From the NCBI GenBank assembly GCA_964435655.1, contig CAYTAE010000003.1, forward strand, positions 1 through 25,860: DNA of 25,860 nucleotides. Reading direction: 5' to 3'. Under the pieces are notes generated by a model, which saw nothing but the letters and a program-made list of their open reading frames with translations, ran no database searches and was not told the origin of the DNA. Both the position numbers and the translations under genes were made by a program. The DNA is from an uncultured Rhodospirillaceae bacterium (GTDB lineage Bacteria > Pseudomonadota > Alphaproteobacteria > GCA-2746255). Of this stretch, positions 7,136 through 16,517 are shown one piece after another (position 1 is the first letter of the stretch; each line of letters opens with the position of its first letter).

Positions 7136-8266
7136 ATGGCATTGGGTGTTTCCGGATTTTCCAGACTTTTTGAGGCCATCGCGCCTCTGCTGCGGTGCCT
7201 GCCGCCGGAAATGGCCCATGGCCTGACCATCCGCGCGCTTTCCCTGGGCCTCGCACCACGGGGTGGCGCGCCCGACAACCCCGTCCTCGCCACCGAATGT
7301 CTGGGCTTGGCCCTTTCCAACCCGATCGGCCTTGCCGCCGGGTTCGATAAGAATGCAGAAGCCATGGACGCCATGCTTCGTTTTGGCTTTGGCTTTGTCG
7401 AAATCGGCACGGTGACGCCGCGTCCCCAGGGTGGCAACCCGCGCCCGCGCCTTTTTCGCCTTGTCGAGGACGGTGCCGTCATCAACCGCCTGGGCTTTAA
7501 CGGCGAAGGCATGGCCCGGGCCGTGGCGCGATTGCAGCGCTATCGCGAAAAATCCGCCGCCGCAAACGGCCCCAAAGCGCATGGCATGATCGGCATCAAC
7601 ATTGGCAAGAACCGCGACACGAAAGACGCGGCCAATGATTACGCCATTGCCGCAGAAGGCCTTGCCGGTCTGGCCGATTATCTGACCCTGAACGTCTCGT
7701 CCCCAAACACGCCCGGGCTTCGTGACTTGCAGGCAAAGGAAAAACTGGAAGAAATTCTGGCTCGAACCGAGGCTGCAATGGCCGAGACTGCAACCGCCAC
7801 GCCTTCCAGAAAAAAACCGCCGCTGCTTTTGAAAGTCGCCCCGGATCTGGACGCCGACACGCGCGCCGACATTGCCGCACTTGCCCTTGAAGGGCGCATC
7901 GACGGCCTGATTGTCGGCAACACGACCCTTTCCCGGCCCGAACATCTGCAAAGCCCACGGCGAACGGAAGCGGGCGGCTTAAGCGGCCGGCCCCTCTTCC
8001 CCCTTGCGACCGCCTGCCTGTCTGATTTCTACCGGCTGACGGAGGGCCGCGTGCCCTTGATCGGCACCGGCGGCATCGCCAGCGGCGAGGCGGCGTATGA
8101 AAAAATTCGCGCCGGTGCGTCCCTGGTGCAGCTTTATACGGCGTTGATCTATGAAGGGCCGGGGCTTGTCCTGCGCATCAAGGCCGACCTTGCCCGGCTT
8201 CTCCGCCGCGACGGCTTTTCTCATGTGAGCGAGGCCGTTGGAAGCGCCCACCGCGACGGCAAGTAA
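7136..8266 (+). CDS. pyrD: Dihydroorotate dehydrogenase (quinone), class 2
   Basis: GLAAGFDKNAE, GTVTPRPQGGNPRPRLFRL, INRLGFN, NVSSPNTPGLRDLQ and GGLSG motifs; exact start uncertain. Confidence 0.97.
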   Translation: MALGVSGFSRLFEAIAPLLRCLPPEMAHGLTIRALSLGLAPRGGAPDNPVLATECLGLALSNPIGLAAGFDKNAEAMDAMLRFGFGFVEIGTVTPRPQGGNPRPRLFRLVEDGAVINRLGFNGEGMARAVARLQRYREKSAAANGPKAHGMIGINIGKNRDTKDAANDYAIAAEGLAGLADYLTLNVSSPNTPGLRDLQAKEKLEEILARTEAAMAETATATPSRKKPPLLLKVAPDLDADTRADIAALALEGRIDGLIVGNTTLSRPEHLQSPRRTEAGGLSGRPLFPLATACLSDFYRLTEGRVPLIGTGGIASGEAAYEKIRAGASLVQLYTALIYEGPGLVLRIKADLARLLRRDGFSHVSEAVGSAHRDGK

Positions 8267-8273
8267 GCCCCAT

Positions 8274-8302
8274 AAAAAAAGGGCCGCCCCGAAGGGCGAC
8301 CC
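8274..8302 (-). terminator. Rho-independent terminator of groESL
   Basis: Minus strand GGGUCGCCC-UUCG-GGGCGGCCC-U7: 9-bp stem with one G-U pair and a cUUCGg tetraloop, 25 nt after the groEL stop. Confidence 0.9.
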
Positions 8303-8327
8303 AATCTTTAGACGATGTTTTTCTGCC

Positions 8328-9962
8328 TTAGAATGCCGGCTCTTGCGGCATCATCGGCGGCGCCATCTTGCCGGGATCTTCTTCCGGCTTTTCGGCAACC
8401 ATCGCTTCTGTCGTGACCATAAGACCCGAGATTGAAGCGGCATCCTGAAGGGCGATCCGCACGACCTTCGCAGGATCAATGATCCCCGATTTGATCATGT
8501 TGACATATTTCGCCGTCTGGGCATTGAAACCAAGATTGTGGTCTTTGCCCTCAAGAAGCTTGCCCGCAACAACCGCACCATCTTCGCCTGCATTCGCAGC
8601 AATCTGGCGAGCTGGCGCTTCAAGCGCCCGGCGAACAATCTCAACGCCAACCTTCTGGTCTGGGTTGCCGGTCTTCACCTTGTCAAGCACACGCGTTGCG
8701 TAAAGAAGCGCCGACCCACCACCGGGGACAACGCCTTCCTCAACTGCCGCGCGCGTTGCATTCAACGCATCGTCAACGAGGTCTTTCCGCTCTTTCACGG
8801 CCGCTTCCGTTGCGCCACCGACGCGGATAACCGCCACACCGCCAGCAAGCTTGGCCAGACGTTCCTGCAGCTTCTCCTTGTCATATTCAGACGTCGTATC
8901 CCCAATCTGAGTACGGATCTGCGTGCAACGTGCCTTGATGTCGCCTTTCTTGCCGGCGCCATCGACGATCGTCGTCTCTTCCTTCGTGGCGCTGATCATC
9001 CGGGCGGTTCCAAGCATCGAAAGCGTAACGTTTTCGAGCTTGATTCCCAGATCCTCGGAAATCACCTGACCACCGGTCAAAATGGCGACATCTTCAAGCA
9101 TGGCTTTCCGACGATCGCCAAACCCGGGTGCCTTCAGGCCAAGAACCTTAAGACCACCACGCAGCTTGTTGACAACCAGAGTGGCAAGCGCCTCGCCTTC
9201 GATGTCTTCGGCGATCAGTACAAGCGGACGGCTCGCCTGCATGGCCGCTTCGAGAAGCGGCAGAATTGGCTGCAGGCTGGTGAGCTTGCCTTCATTGAGA
9301 AGAATGTAGGGATTTTCCAGCTCACAGATCATGCGATCCGGGTTGGTGACGAAATAAGGTGAAACATAGCCACGATCAAACTGCATGCCTTCAACGACAT
9401 CCAGCTCATCGTTCAGGCCCTTCGCCTCTTCGACGGTGATCACGCCTTCCTTACCGACCCGCTCCATGGCTTCGGCAATTTTGTCGCCGATTTCTGATTC
9501 GCCATTCGCCGAGATCGTGCCGACCTGCTTGACTTCCTTGCTGGTCGAAACCTTCTTTGCGTGCTTTTGAACATCCGCAACGGCGGCCTCAACGGCCAGA
9601 TCAATCCCGCGACGAAGATCCATCGGGTTCATGCCGGCGGCAACCGCCTTCACGCCTTCCCGCAGGATCGCATGGGCAAGCACGGTCGCCGTCGTCGTGC
9701 CGTCGCCGGCCTCGTCATTTGTACGACTTGCAACCGAACGCACCATCTGTGCGCCCATGTTTTCAAATTTGTCTTCCAGGTCAATTTCATTGGCAACCGT
9801 CACACCGTCCTTGGTGATGCGGGGCGTACCAAATGCCTTGTCCAGAACGACCGTGCGGCCCTTTGGCCCCAACGTCACCCGAACGGCATTTGCAAGCGTT
9901 TCGACGCCGCGCAGCATCCGCGTGCGCGCATCCACATTAAATAGAACTTCCTTCGCAGCCAT
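8328..9962 (-). CDS. groL: Chaperonin GroEL (divergent; no GGM tail)
   Basis: 544 aa; [42 protein letters not shown] and APGFGDRRK motifs. Confidence 0.99.
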   Translation of the reverse strand: MAAKEVLFNVDARTRMLRGVETLANAVRVTLGPKGRTVVLDKAFGTPRITKDGVTVANEIDLEDKFENMGAQMVRSVASRTNDEAGDGTTTATVLAHAILREGVKAVAAGMNPMDLRRGIDLAVEAAVADVQKHAKKVSTSKEVKQVGTISANGESEIGDKIAEAMERVGKEGVITVEEAKGLNDELDVVEGMQFDRGYVSPYFVTNPDRMICELENPYILLNEGKLTSLQPILPLLEAAMQASRPLVLIAEDIEGEALATLVVNKLRGGLKVLGLKAPGFGDRRKAMLEDVAILTGGQVISEDLGIKLENVTLSMLGTARMISATKEETTIVDGAGKKGDIKARCTQIRTQIGDTTSEYDKEKLQERLAKLAGGVAVIRVGGATEAAVKERKDLVDDALNATRAAVEEGVVPGGGSALLYATRVLDKVKTGNPDQKVGVEIVRRALEAPARQIAANAGEDGAVVAGKLLEGKDHNLGFNAQTAKYVNMIKSGIIDPAKVVRIALQDAASISGLMVTTEAMVAEKPEEDPGKMAPPMMPQEPAF

Positions 9963-9995
9963 GGTCTTCGACTCCTCTTGTCCTGACGGACTTCG

Positions 9996-10307
9996 TTATT
10001 TCTTCTTTTTTGCTTTCTTGCCGGTGACGATTCCCAAAATGTCGGATTCTTTCGAGATCAAGAGATCTTCGCCGTCAACCTTCACTTCGGTACCGGACCA
10101 TTTTCCGTAAAGGACCAGGTCGCCCACCTTGACGTCGAGCGGGATAAGCTTGCCTGCCTCGTTACGCGTGCCGGAGCCAACCGCAATGACTTTTCCCTCT
10201 TGGGGCTTTTCCTTCGCCGTATCGGGTATAATGATACCGCCAGCCGTCTTTTCTTCCGACTCCAGCGCTCTGATCAACACCCGATCATGTAGCGGCCTAA
10301 AATTCAT
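9996..10307 (-). CDS. groS: Co-chaperonin GroES
   Basis: RPLHDRVLI, mobile loop [30 protein letters not shown]; RBS AAGGAG. Confidence 0.99.
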   Translation of the reverse strand: MNFRPLHDRVLIRALESEEKTAGGIIIPDTAKEKPQEGKVIAVGSGTRNEAGKLIPLDVKVGDLVLYGKWSGTEVKVDGEDLLISKESDILGIVTGKKAKKKK

Positions 10308-10369
10308 GGTCGATTCTCCTTAAAAAGCGTTCATTCCAGGCAACCCGCAAGTCGCGCGCGCTGCCACCC

Positions 10370-10396
10370 TTGGCACTCTTTGTGTTCGAGTGCCAA
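10370..10396. promoter_or_regulatory. CIRCE element (HrcA operator)
   Basis: TTGGCACTC-N9-GAGTGCCAA, a perfect inverted repeat one base per arm from the canonical TTAGCACTC-N9-GAGTGCTAA, upstream of groES. Confidence 0.95.
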
Positions 10397-10397
10397 C

Positions 10398-10426
10398 CAT
10401 CTAAGTAAGCTTGGGGTGTCTGTCAA
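10398..10426 (-). promoter_or_regulatory. groESL promoter (-35 TTGACA, N17, -10 TAGATG)
   Basis: Minus strand CTTGACA-gacaccccaagcttact-TAGATG, immediately upstream of CIRCE so the operator covers the start site. Confidence 0.7.
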
Positions 10427-10469
10427 GAAAAACCACAAAAAACCTTGAGAACCCGCCCGAAAGCCCGAC

Positions 10470-12413
10470 TTAAATGCCCGGCGCGGCCAATTGGCTGACG
10501 GAGTCGAGCGAGCCCGGCTCTTTCCAGCCCTTGCCGGCAACCAAGTTCTTCTCGACATATTCAAGCAGGCTGGTGACGGCCTCTTCGACGGTGAGCGTAT
10601 CCGTATCGATGGTCAGTTCCGGCGTGCCCGGCGCTTCGTAAGGCGAAGAAACGCCCGTGAATTCCGCAATTTCGCCGCTGCGGGCCCGCTGATAGAGCCC
10701 CTTTGGGTCCCTCTGCTCACAGGTTTCCAGAGACGCCTTCACATAGACCTCGTGGAAGCCATCCGGCGCAATGGCGCGAACACGGTCGCGATCGGCCTGA
10801 TAGGGCGAAATGAAGGCGGTAATGACGATAAAGCCGGCTTCGGCAAAAAGGGCCGCCACCTGGCCGGCGCGACGAATGTTTTCCGCCCGGTCTTCCGGGG
10901 TGAATCCAAGATTGGCGTTCAGGCCGTTGCGCAAATTGTCGCCGTCGAGAACGTAGACCTGGTAGCCCTTGCGAAAGAGCTGGCTTTCAAGCTCGATGGC
11001 GAGGGTCGTTTTTCCGGACCCGGAAAGACCGGTCAACCAAAGAACGCCACTGTGATGACCGTTCATGTCCCACCGGGACGCCGGCGCCACACGATGATCC
11101 ACCTGGAAGACGTTTGTGGCCCTTCGCGTGACGGCTTGGCGTTGGTCGGGATAACCGTCCATGTTGATAATGCCACCACCAACAATCGCGTAATCTTCAA
11201 CCAGGACGAAACGGCCGGTGCGGACATTATCGGTAAACTCGTCCAACGCGACCAGGCCACGAGTGCGCAAGGTTATTTCCGCAACGGCGTTTTTCGGGAC
11301 CTCTTTTCCTTCACCGGAAGAAAGATCGGCCACGTCAACAATTCGATCGATGGACTGCACTTCGGCGCGATGCTGGCCGGTGTGAAGTTTCAACATGTAC
11401 TGGCTGCCCACCCGCAACGGCTTTTTTCCCAACCAGAAAATATTCGCGCGAAAGACGTTTGTTTCGACCGGCAGATTTTCCTCATGGCTCGCAATCTGGC
11501 CGCGCTCGACAAAAATCTGTTCCTGAAAAGTAATGGCGACGGACTGGCCGGCACTGGCGGCAAGGACCGGCACGGCGACGTTCCAGGTTTCAATGCTGGC
11601 CACCTTGGCCGATTTGTTCGAAGGCGAAAGCACCAGCGTATCGCCGACGCGCAGGCGACCGCTTTCGATTCGCCCAACGATAAGCCGACGGTTGTCGAAT
11701 TTATAAACGTCCTGAATCGGAAGCCGCAACGGCAGCTCCGTTTGCAAAACCGGCGCCTGAAAGCCATCGAGGGCCTCGACAATCGTCGGCCCCTCGTACC
11801 AGCCCATTTTTCCGGAACGCGTGGCGATGCAGTCGCCCTCGCGCGAAGAAACGGGCACAATATGCTGCGCCTCGACGCCGATCCCGGCCAGGTAGCTGCG
11901 ATATTCCTCCTCAACCTCGACAAAGCGGTCGCGGGAATAATCCACCAAATCCATCTTGTTAATCGCAACCACAACCTGACGCACGCCAAGAAGGTGCAGA
12001 AGATAGCCGTGTCGGCGGGATTGTTCCTGAACACCTTCATGGGCATCGATCACAAGCAGGGCGGCGTCAGAACTGGCGGCGCCGCTGACCATGTTTTTCA
12101 GGAATTCTTTATGGCCGGGAGCGTCGATGATGACGTAATCGCGTTTTGTCGTCTTGAACCAGATATGGGAAACGTCAATCGTAATGCCCTGGTCGCGCTC
12201 AGCCTGCAAGGCGTCCATAAGAAATGCCCATTCAAACGGCATCCCACGGCGTTTGCACATGGCCTTGATTTCTTCAAGCTTGCCCTCTGGAAGCGAGCCG
12301 GTGTCATGGAAAAGGCGGCCGACAAGGGTGGACTTGCCGTGATCGACATGGCCGACAATGACGACGCGAAGGGGTTCACCCCCCAAAGAACGTTCGGGCG
12401 CATGACCGGACAT
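10470..12413 (-). CDS. cysNC: Bifunctional sulfate adenylyltransferase GTPase subunit / APS kinase
   Basis: [14 protein letters not shown] and NKMD GTPase motifs; C-terminal [12 protein letters not shown] and LDGDNLR APS-kinase motifs. Confidence 0.96.
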   Translation of the reverse strand: MSGHAPERSLGGEPLRVVIVGHVDHGKSTLVGRLFHDTGSLPEGKLEEIKAMCKRRGMPFEWAFLMDALQAERDQGITIDVSHIWFKTTKRDYVIIDAPGHKEFLKNMVSGAASSDAALLVIDAHEGVQEQSRRHGYLLHLLGVRQVVVAINKMDLVDYSRDRFVEVEEEYRSYLAGIGVEAQHIVPVSSREGDCIATRSGKMGWYEGPTIVEALDGFQAPVLQTELPLRLPIQDVYKFDNRRLIVGRIESGRLRVGDTLVLSPSNKSAKVASIETWNVAVPVLAASAGQSVAITFQEQIFVERGQIASHEENLPVETNVFRANIFWLGKKPLRVGSQYMLKLHTGQHRAEVQSIDRIVDVADLSSGEGKEVPKNAVAEITLRTRGLVALDEFTDNVRTGRFVLVEDYAIVGGGIINMDGYPDQRQAVTRRATNVFQVDHRVAPASRWDMNGHHSGVLWLTGLSGSGKTTLAIELESQLFRKGYQVYVLDGDNLRNGLNANLGFTPEDRAENIRRAGQVAALFAEAGFIVITAFISPYQADRDRVRAIAPDGFHEVYVKASLETCEQRDPKGLYQRARSGEIAEFTGVSSPYEAPGTPELTIDTDTLTVEEAVTSLLEYVEKNLVAGKGWKEPGSLDSVSQLAAPGI

Positions 12414-13214
12414 CTACATATACCCTTCTACCCGGAGCCGCTCGAACGCGTCTTCCGATTCCTTGTCCTGGGCGCGACCGGCACGTTCCGAGACGTTTGT
12501 CGTTTCAAGTTCTTCAATGATTTCGTCAATGGTTGACGCCGTGGATAGGATGGTGCCCGTGCATGGCGCACAACCAAGCGAGCGATAGCGCGTGCCGTCC
12601 TTCGCAAAATAAAGATCAACCACCGGAATCTTTTCGCGCCGGATGTAGTGCCAAATGTCCACTTCCGTCCAATGGAGCAGCGGATGAATGCGAAGATGCG
12701 TGCCGGGCGCAAAATCCGTCTTGAACTGATCCCAGAATTCCGGCGGCTGGTCGCGGAAATTCCATTCCGCATGCTTGCCACGGGGGCTGAAAACGCGCTC
12801 TTTCGCACGCGTGCCTTCCTCATCGCGACGGATGCCAGCAAAGACACCGGTAAAACCATGCTCCGCAAGCGTCTGTTTCAGACCTTCCGTCTTCAAAGCA
12901 CTGCAGCAGGTCACGCGGCCCTTCTCCGGCCCCATGCCGTCCGCCAGGGCTTTTTTATTTTGGCCGACAAGCAATTGCAGGCCCCATTCCTTTGCCATGC
13001 GGTCCCGAAATTCGATCATCTCGGGAATCTTGTAAGAGGTGTCGACATGCACGACCGGGAAAGGCACATGGCCAAGGAATGCCTTGCGCGCCAGCCACAG
13101 CAGCACGTTGCTGTCCTTGCCCACCGACCACAACATCGCCAGCTTGTCGATTTTGTTGAAAGCTTCCCGAAAGATATAAACGCTTTGGCTTTCCAGCGCG
13201 TCGAGATGATTCAT
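12414..13214 (-). CDS. cysD: Sulfate adenylyltransferase subunit 2 (short type, 266 aa)
   Basis: [51 protein letters not shown]; start set at ATG 13214 (ATGA overlap with the cysH stop). Confidence 0.93.
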   Translation of the reverse strand: MNHLDALESQSVYIFREAFNKIDKLAMLWSVGKDSNVLLWLARKAFLGHVPFPVVHVDTSYKIPEMIEFRDRMAKEWGLQLLVGQNKKALADGMGPEKGRVTCCSALKTEGLKQTLAEHGFTGVFAGIRRDEEGTRAKERVFSPRGKHAEWNFRDQPPEFWDQFKTDFAPGTHLRIHPLLHWTEVDIWHYIRREKIPVVDLYFAKDGTRYRSLGCAPCTGTILSTASTIDEIIEELETTNVSERAGRAQDKESEDAFERLRVEGYM

Positions 13215-13939
13215 TCGTTTCTGGCCCAGCTTGCCTTGTGAATGCCGCATTCCGTTTTACCGTTTTCCGCCCAGCGACCGGCACGCGCTGCGTCGCCTGG
13301 GTTTACCCGTCGCGTGCAATGGGTGCAACCGATAGAAAGATAGCCATCTGCGACCAGGGGGTGAGGTGGCAGGCCCCGGTCCTTGAACGCCGCAACAATT
13401 TCGTCCGAAGTCCAACGCACCAGCGGATTAATTTTAATTTTTCCGTCCGACGCCTCGATCACCGGCAAAGTGGCGCGCACGTCGCCGTGAAACCGCTTGC
13501 GACCGGTGATCCACGCATCAAAACCGGCAAGAACCCGGTCAAGCGGGCGCACCTTGCGAAGGTCACAGCATGCGTCCCCGTCGCGGGACCATAATTCCCC
13601 ATCGGAATCTTCCGTTGCAAGTTCTGCCGCGTCGGGCCGGATTACCCGGACGTCGCGCAACCCCAGCTGCGCGACCAGTGCATCCCGGTAGCGGAGGGTT
13701 TCATCAAAAAGTTTTTGCGTATCCAGAAAAAAGACCGGCGTTTCCGGATCAATGCTTGCGACCAGATCCAGCAGCACCGCCGCCTCCGCCCCAAACGAGG
13801 ACATAAGGGCAATCTGACCCGGAAATTCGCGCGTGAGCATGACACGGAGAAGCGCCAACCCATCAAGATCTCCGTAAGCCTCCATAAGAGCCGCTGCACG
13901 CGCGGCGGCCTGGGCCTCTGTTTGCAAAAGCTCTGTCAT
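13211..13939 (-). CDS. cysH: Adenylylsulfate (APS)-type reductase CysH with [4Fe-4S] ligand motifs
   Basis: [42 protein letters not shown] and terminal ECGIH. Confidence 0.95.
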   Translation of the reverse strand: MTELLQTEAQAAARAAALMEAYGDLDGLALLRVMLTREFPGQIALMSSFGAEAAVLLDLVASIDPETPVFFLDTQKLFDETLRYRDALVAQLGLRDVRVIRPDAAELATEDSDGELWSRDGDACCDLRKVRPLDRVLAGFDAWITGRKRFHGDVRATLPVIEASDGKIKINPLVRWTSDEIVAAFKDRGLPPHPLVADGYLSIGCTHCTRRVNPGDAARAGRWAENGKTECGIHKASWARNE

Positions 13940-13974
13940 TTTGGCGCCATCCTAGTCGATGTTGCGGCAAGGCC

Positions 13975-14086
13975 TATTTAACAGAATAAATATGTTAAAT
14001 AAATTATATTTACACATATATTAGGTTATTTAAAAGAAAGATAACATATCTCAATGTAGTTTCCATGAAAATTACTTATATTTTAT
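13975..14086. promoter_or_regulatory. Very AT-rich upstream region of cysH with dyad TATTTAACA-N9-TGTTAAATA (13975-14001)
   Basis: Hand count 18 G/C in 112 nt (about 16% GC) in a GC-rich background; perfect 9-bp inverted repeat. Confidence 0.65.
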
Positions 14087-14192
14087 GTGGAATAGGCCGA
14101 ACCCAGAGGCGTTCCAGCGACCTTCTAAGCCCCTTCGATTTGGCAGCAGGCCGCACACCCCTTTCAAGGCACGACGTTTTTGTTTTAGGACT

Positions 14193-14567
14193 TCAGGAAA
14201 TGTCGTTGAGAGCCTGACGCAGGACCTTGATGCGAATTGGCTTCTTAAGACTTTGCACGCAAGGAAGACCAAAGGCATCGCCCAGAGAACGGGCGCTTTC
14301 CAGCAATTTTCCGCTATAGCCACTCATCACCAGGATTGGAATCTTGCATCCATCTTCCGCCAGATGGCGCAAAATCTCGATCCCATCGATTTCCGGCATC
14401 ACAAGATCCAGAACAAGAACCGTTGGCTTAAAGCTCGCAACCGCCTCCTTAAACGCCTCGGGGTCGATTGTCGTTGAAACCTCAAATCCCTCGCCCTCGG
14501 CAACCTCGCGAATGAGGTTGCAGATTTCCTGTTCGTCATCAATAACCAGGAGGCGTTTTAACGGCAT
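14193..14567 (-). CDS. Stand-alone response-regulator receiver domain (124 aa)
   Basis: VIDDE, VLDLVMP (phosphoacceptor Asp), MSG and KKP motifs; start at ATG 14567 behind RBS AGGAG. Confidence 0.92.
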   Translation of the reverse strand: MPLKRLLVIDDEQEICNLIREVAEGEGFEVSTTIDPEAFKEAVASFKPTVLVLDLVMPEIDGIEILRHLAEDGCKIPILVMSGYSGKLLESARSLGDAFGLPCVQSLKKPIRIKVLRQALNDIS

Positions 14568-14670
14568 GCGTTTTTCTCCTGTGGCCATGCGCCACATGAA
14601 ACCATATCCCTTTATAGGCAGAGCCACCTATAAAATAGGTAAACAAAAAGCGGTTGCAATCGCATTCCTT

Positions 14671-14688
14671 AAAAAAATATATTTTTTT
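14671..14688. repeat. Perfect 18-bp A/T palindrome AAAAAAATATATTTTTTT
   Basis: Read directly, in the divergent receiver/ctaA intergenic region. Confidence 0.8.
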
Positions 14689-14704
14689 TAAAACGAGACA
14701 AACA

Positions 14705-15745
14705 ATGGCCGGAACCATTCCAGTTCAAAACGCTGCCCGCGAACGACCGCTCGCGATCTGGCTTTTCCTGTGTGCAGGGCTTGTCTTCATCATGGTCATT
14801 CTGGGTGGCGCCACCCGGTTGAACCAGGCCGGACTTTCCATGGTTGAATGGCAACCGCTGATGGGCATTCTGCCGCCGCTTTCAGAACCCGAATGGCAGG
14901 AAACCTTCACGGCCTATCAAAATTTTCCTGAATATCAAAAGCGCAATTTCGGCATGACCCTTGGCGAATTCCAGGGGATCTTCTGGCTGGAATATGTGCA
15001 CCGTCTATGGGGACGGCTGATTGGCGCCGCCTTCTTTTTCCCATTTCTCTATTTCTGGTTTCGGGGAAGGATCAACGCCCAACATCTCCCCCGGCTGCTT
15101 GGGGTTTTTTCCCTTGGCGCATTACAAGGCTGGCTTGGCTGGTACATGGTGCAAAGCGGCCTGGTGGATAGCCCGGATGTTAGCCCCTATCGCCTCGCCG
15201 CTCACCTAACCCTGGCACTCTGCATCTATGCCCTTCTTTTCCGCATCGGCCTTGGCTTTCTTCATCTGCCGAAAGGCACCTTGCCGCGCGCGCTTTTCCA
15301 AACCATCGCGCGCAGCCTTCTGGGAGTCGTTGCCCTGACGGTGATTGCCGGTGCCTTCGTTGCCGGCACCGATGCCGGCCTGACTTACAACACCTTCCCA
15401 CGGATGGGGGCGGGCCTTGTTCCGGAAGATTATTGGGCCCTGGAACCTGCCTGGCGAAATTTCTTTGAGAACATTCCAAGCGTCCAGTTCAACCATCGGC
15501 TCCTTGGTATTTTCAGCCTAGTCAGCATCGGCGCCGTCTGGCTTTTTTCCTGGCGCGAAACGCTTTCGAAACGCGCCTGCACGGCGCTAACGCTTCTTTG
15601 CATCATGACCGTTCTGCAAGTCGGGCTTGGCATTGCCACGCTTCTTCTTGTTGTGCCGGTACCACTTGGCGTTGCCCATCAGGCGGGGGCGCTTCTACTC
15701 CTTACCCTCGCCCTATGGACCGACCAGGAAATGCGCCCGGCATAA
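14705..15745 (+). CDS. ctaA: Heme A synthase, COX15/CtaA type
   Basis: GGATRLNQAGLSMVEW, EYVHRLWGR, RLAAHL, QFNHR and HQAGA motifs; start set at ATG 14705. Confidence 0.95.
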   Translation: MAGTIPVQNAARERPLAIWLFLCAGLVFIMVILGGATRLNQAGLSMVEWQPLMGILPPLSEPEWQETFTAYQNFPEYQKRNFGMTLGEFQGIFWLEYVHRLWGRLIGAAFFFPFLYFWFRGRINAQHLPRLLGVFSLGALQGWLGWYMVQSGLVDSPDVSPYRLAAHLTLALCIYALLFRIGLGFLHLPKGTLPRALFQTIARSLLGVVALTVIAGAFVAGTDAGLTYNTFPRMGAGLVPEDYWALEPAWRNFFENIPSVQFNHRLLGIFSLVSIGAVWLFSWRETLSKRACTALTLLCIMTVLQVGLGIATLLLVVPVPLGVAHQAGALLLLTLALWTDQEMRPA

Positions 15746-15791
15746 GACATGCCCCCTTCCCTTTTCGTCAAGGAGTCTACATAACGTCATC

Positions 15792-16472
15792 ATGTCAGAT
15801 AGTCCCGTCGCCAATCTTGAAGCTGCCACCCACCTTCCCGCCAATGGAGAGCCGGCAAAACGGCTTGTCGTGTTGCTGCACGGCTATGGCGCCGACATGC
15901 ATGACCTGATTGGATTGGCATCCCATTGGACGGAGATGATCCCGGATGCGGAATTTATTTCACCCAATGCACCCGAGATCTGCGACGAACTGCCAAGTGG
16001 CCGCCAATGGTTTCCTGTCGGCGACCTTGATTTAGAGCGCATGTATGAAGGCGCATTAACAGTCGCGCCAATGTTGGACACGTTCCTCGATGCCGAGCTT
16101 GAAAAACGCGGCCTTACCGAACGCGACCTCGTTCTTATCGGTTTTTCCCAGGGAACGATGCTGGCCCTTCATGTCGGGCTTCGCCGGGTACAGGCACCGG
16201 CTGGCATCATCGGCTATTCCGGCGTACTGGCAGGCCCCGAACATTTGGCCGACGAAATCCTGGCAAAACCTCCCGTTCTTCTGATCCATGGTTCGGAGGA
16301 TCCCTTGATCCCCGTACAGGCACAGATCATGACGGAAAACGTCCTCACCGATGCCGGCGTTCGCGTAAAATCCCATGTTTCACAAGGGCTTGGGCATGGC
16401 ATCGACCCGGCCGGACTGGCCCTTGGGGGCCATTTTCTTGTGGCAGCCTTCGCCGGTGCCGCCGAGAGATAA
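15792..16472 (+). CDS. Phospholipase/carboxylesterase (alpha/beta hydrolase)
   Basis: LLHGYGAD, nucleophile GFSQG, HGSEDPLIP (Asp) and GHGI (His); start set at ATG 15792. Confidence 0.92.
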   Translation: MSDSPVANLEAATHLPANGEPAKRLVVLLHGYGADMHDLIGLASHWTEMIPDAEFISPNAPEICDELPSGRQWFPVGDLDLERMYEGALTVAPMLDTFLDAELEKRGLTERDLVLIGFSQGTMLALHVGLRRVQAPAGIIGYSGVLAGPEHLADEILAKPPVLLIHGSEDPLIPVQAQIMTENVLTDAGVRVKSHVSQGLGHGIDPAGLALGGHFLVAAFAGAAER

Positions 16473-16517
16473 ACAACGCAAGCGCCAAGACGCGACCACC
16501 AAAAGACGCGTCTGCCA

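Noticed and set aside
1-7136. CtrA boxes (TTAA-N7-TTAA) expected for GTA regulation
   Set aside because: None found by eye. The operon promoter lies outside the window, so this is uninformative.
8287-8299. 13-mer CCCCGAAGGGCGA repeated at 22284-22296 (possible REP-like element)
   Set aside because: Only two copies, both explained by common cUUCGg hairpins; a 13-mer match is expected by chance in 26 kb.
8538-9362. 274-aa plus-strand ORF, and 7097..7951 on the minus strand
   Set aside because: Antisense shadows of groEL and pyrD.
10430-10469. Terminator after cysNC
   Set aside because: A T-rich tract is present on the minus strand, but I could not build a convincing stem before it.
10491-12536. 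681-aa plus-strand ORF
   Set aside because: Antisense shadow of cysNC/cysD; no recognisable motifs, and long shadow frames are expected opposite GC-rich genes.
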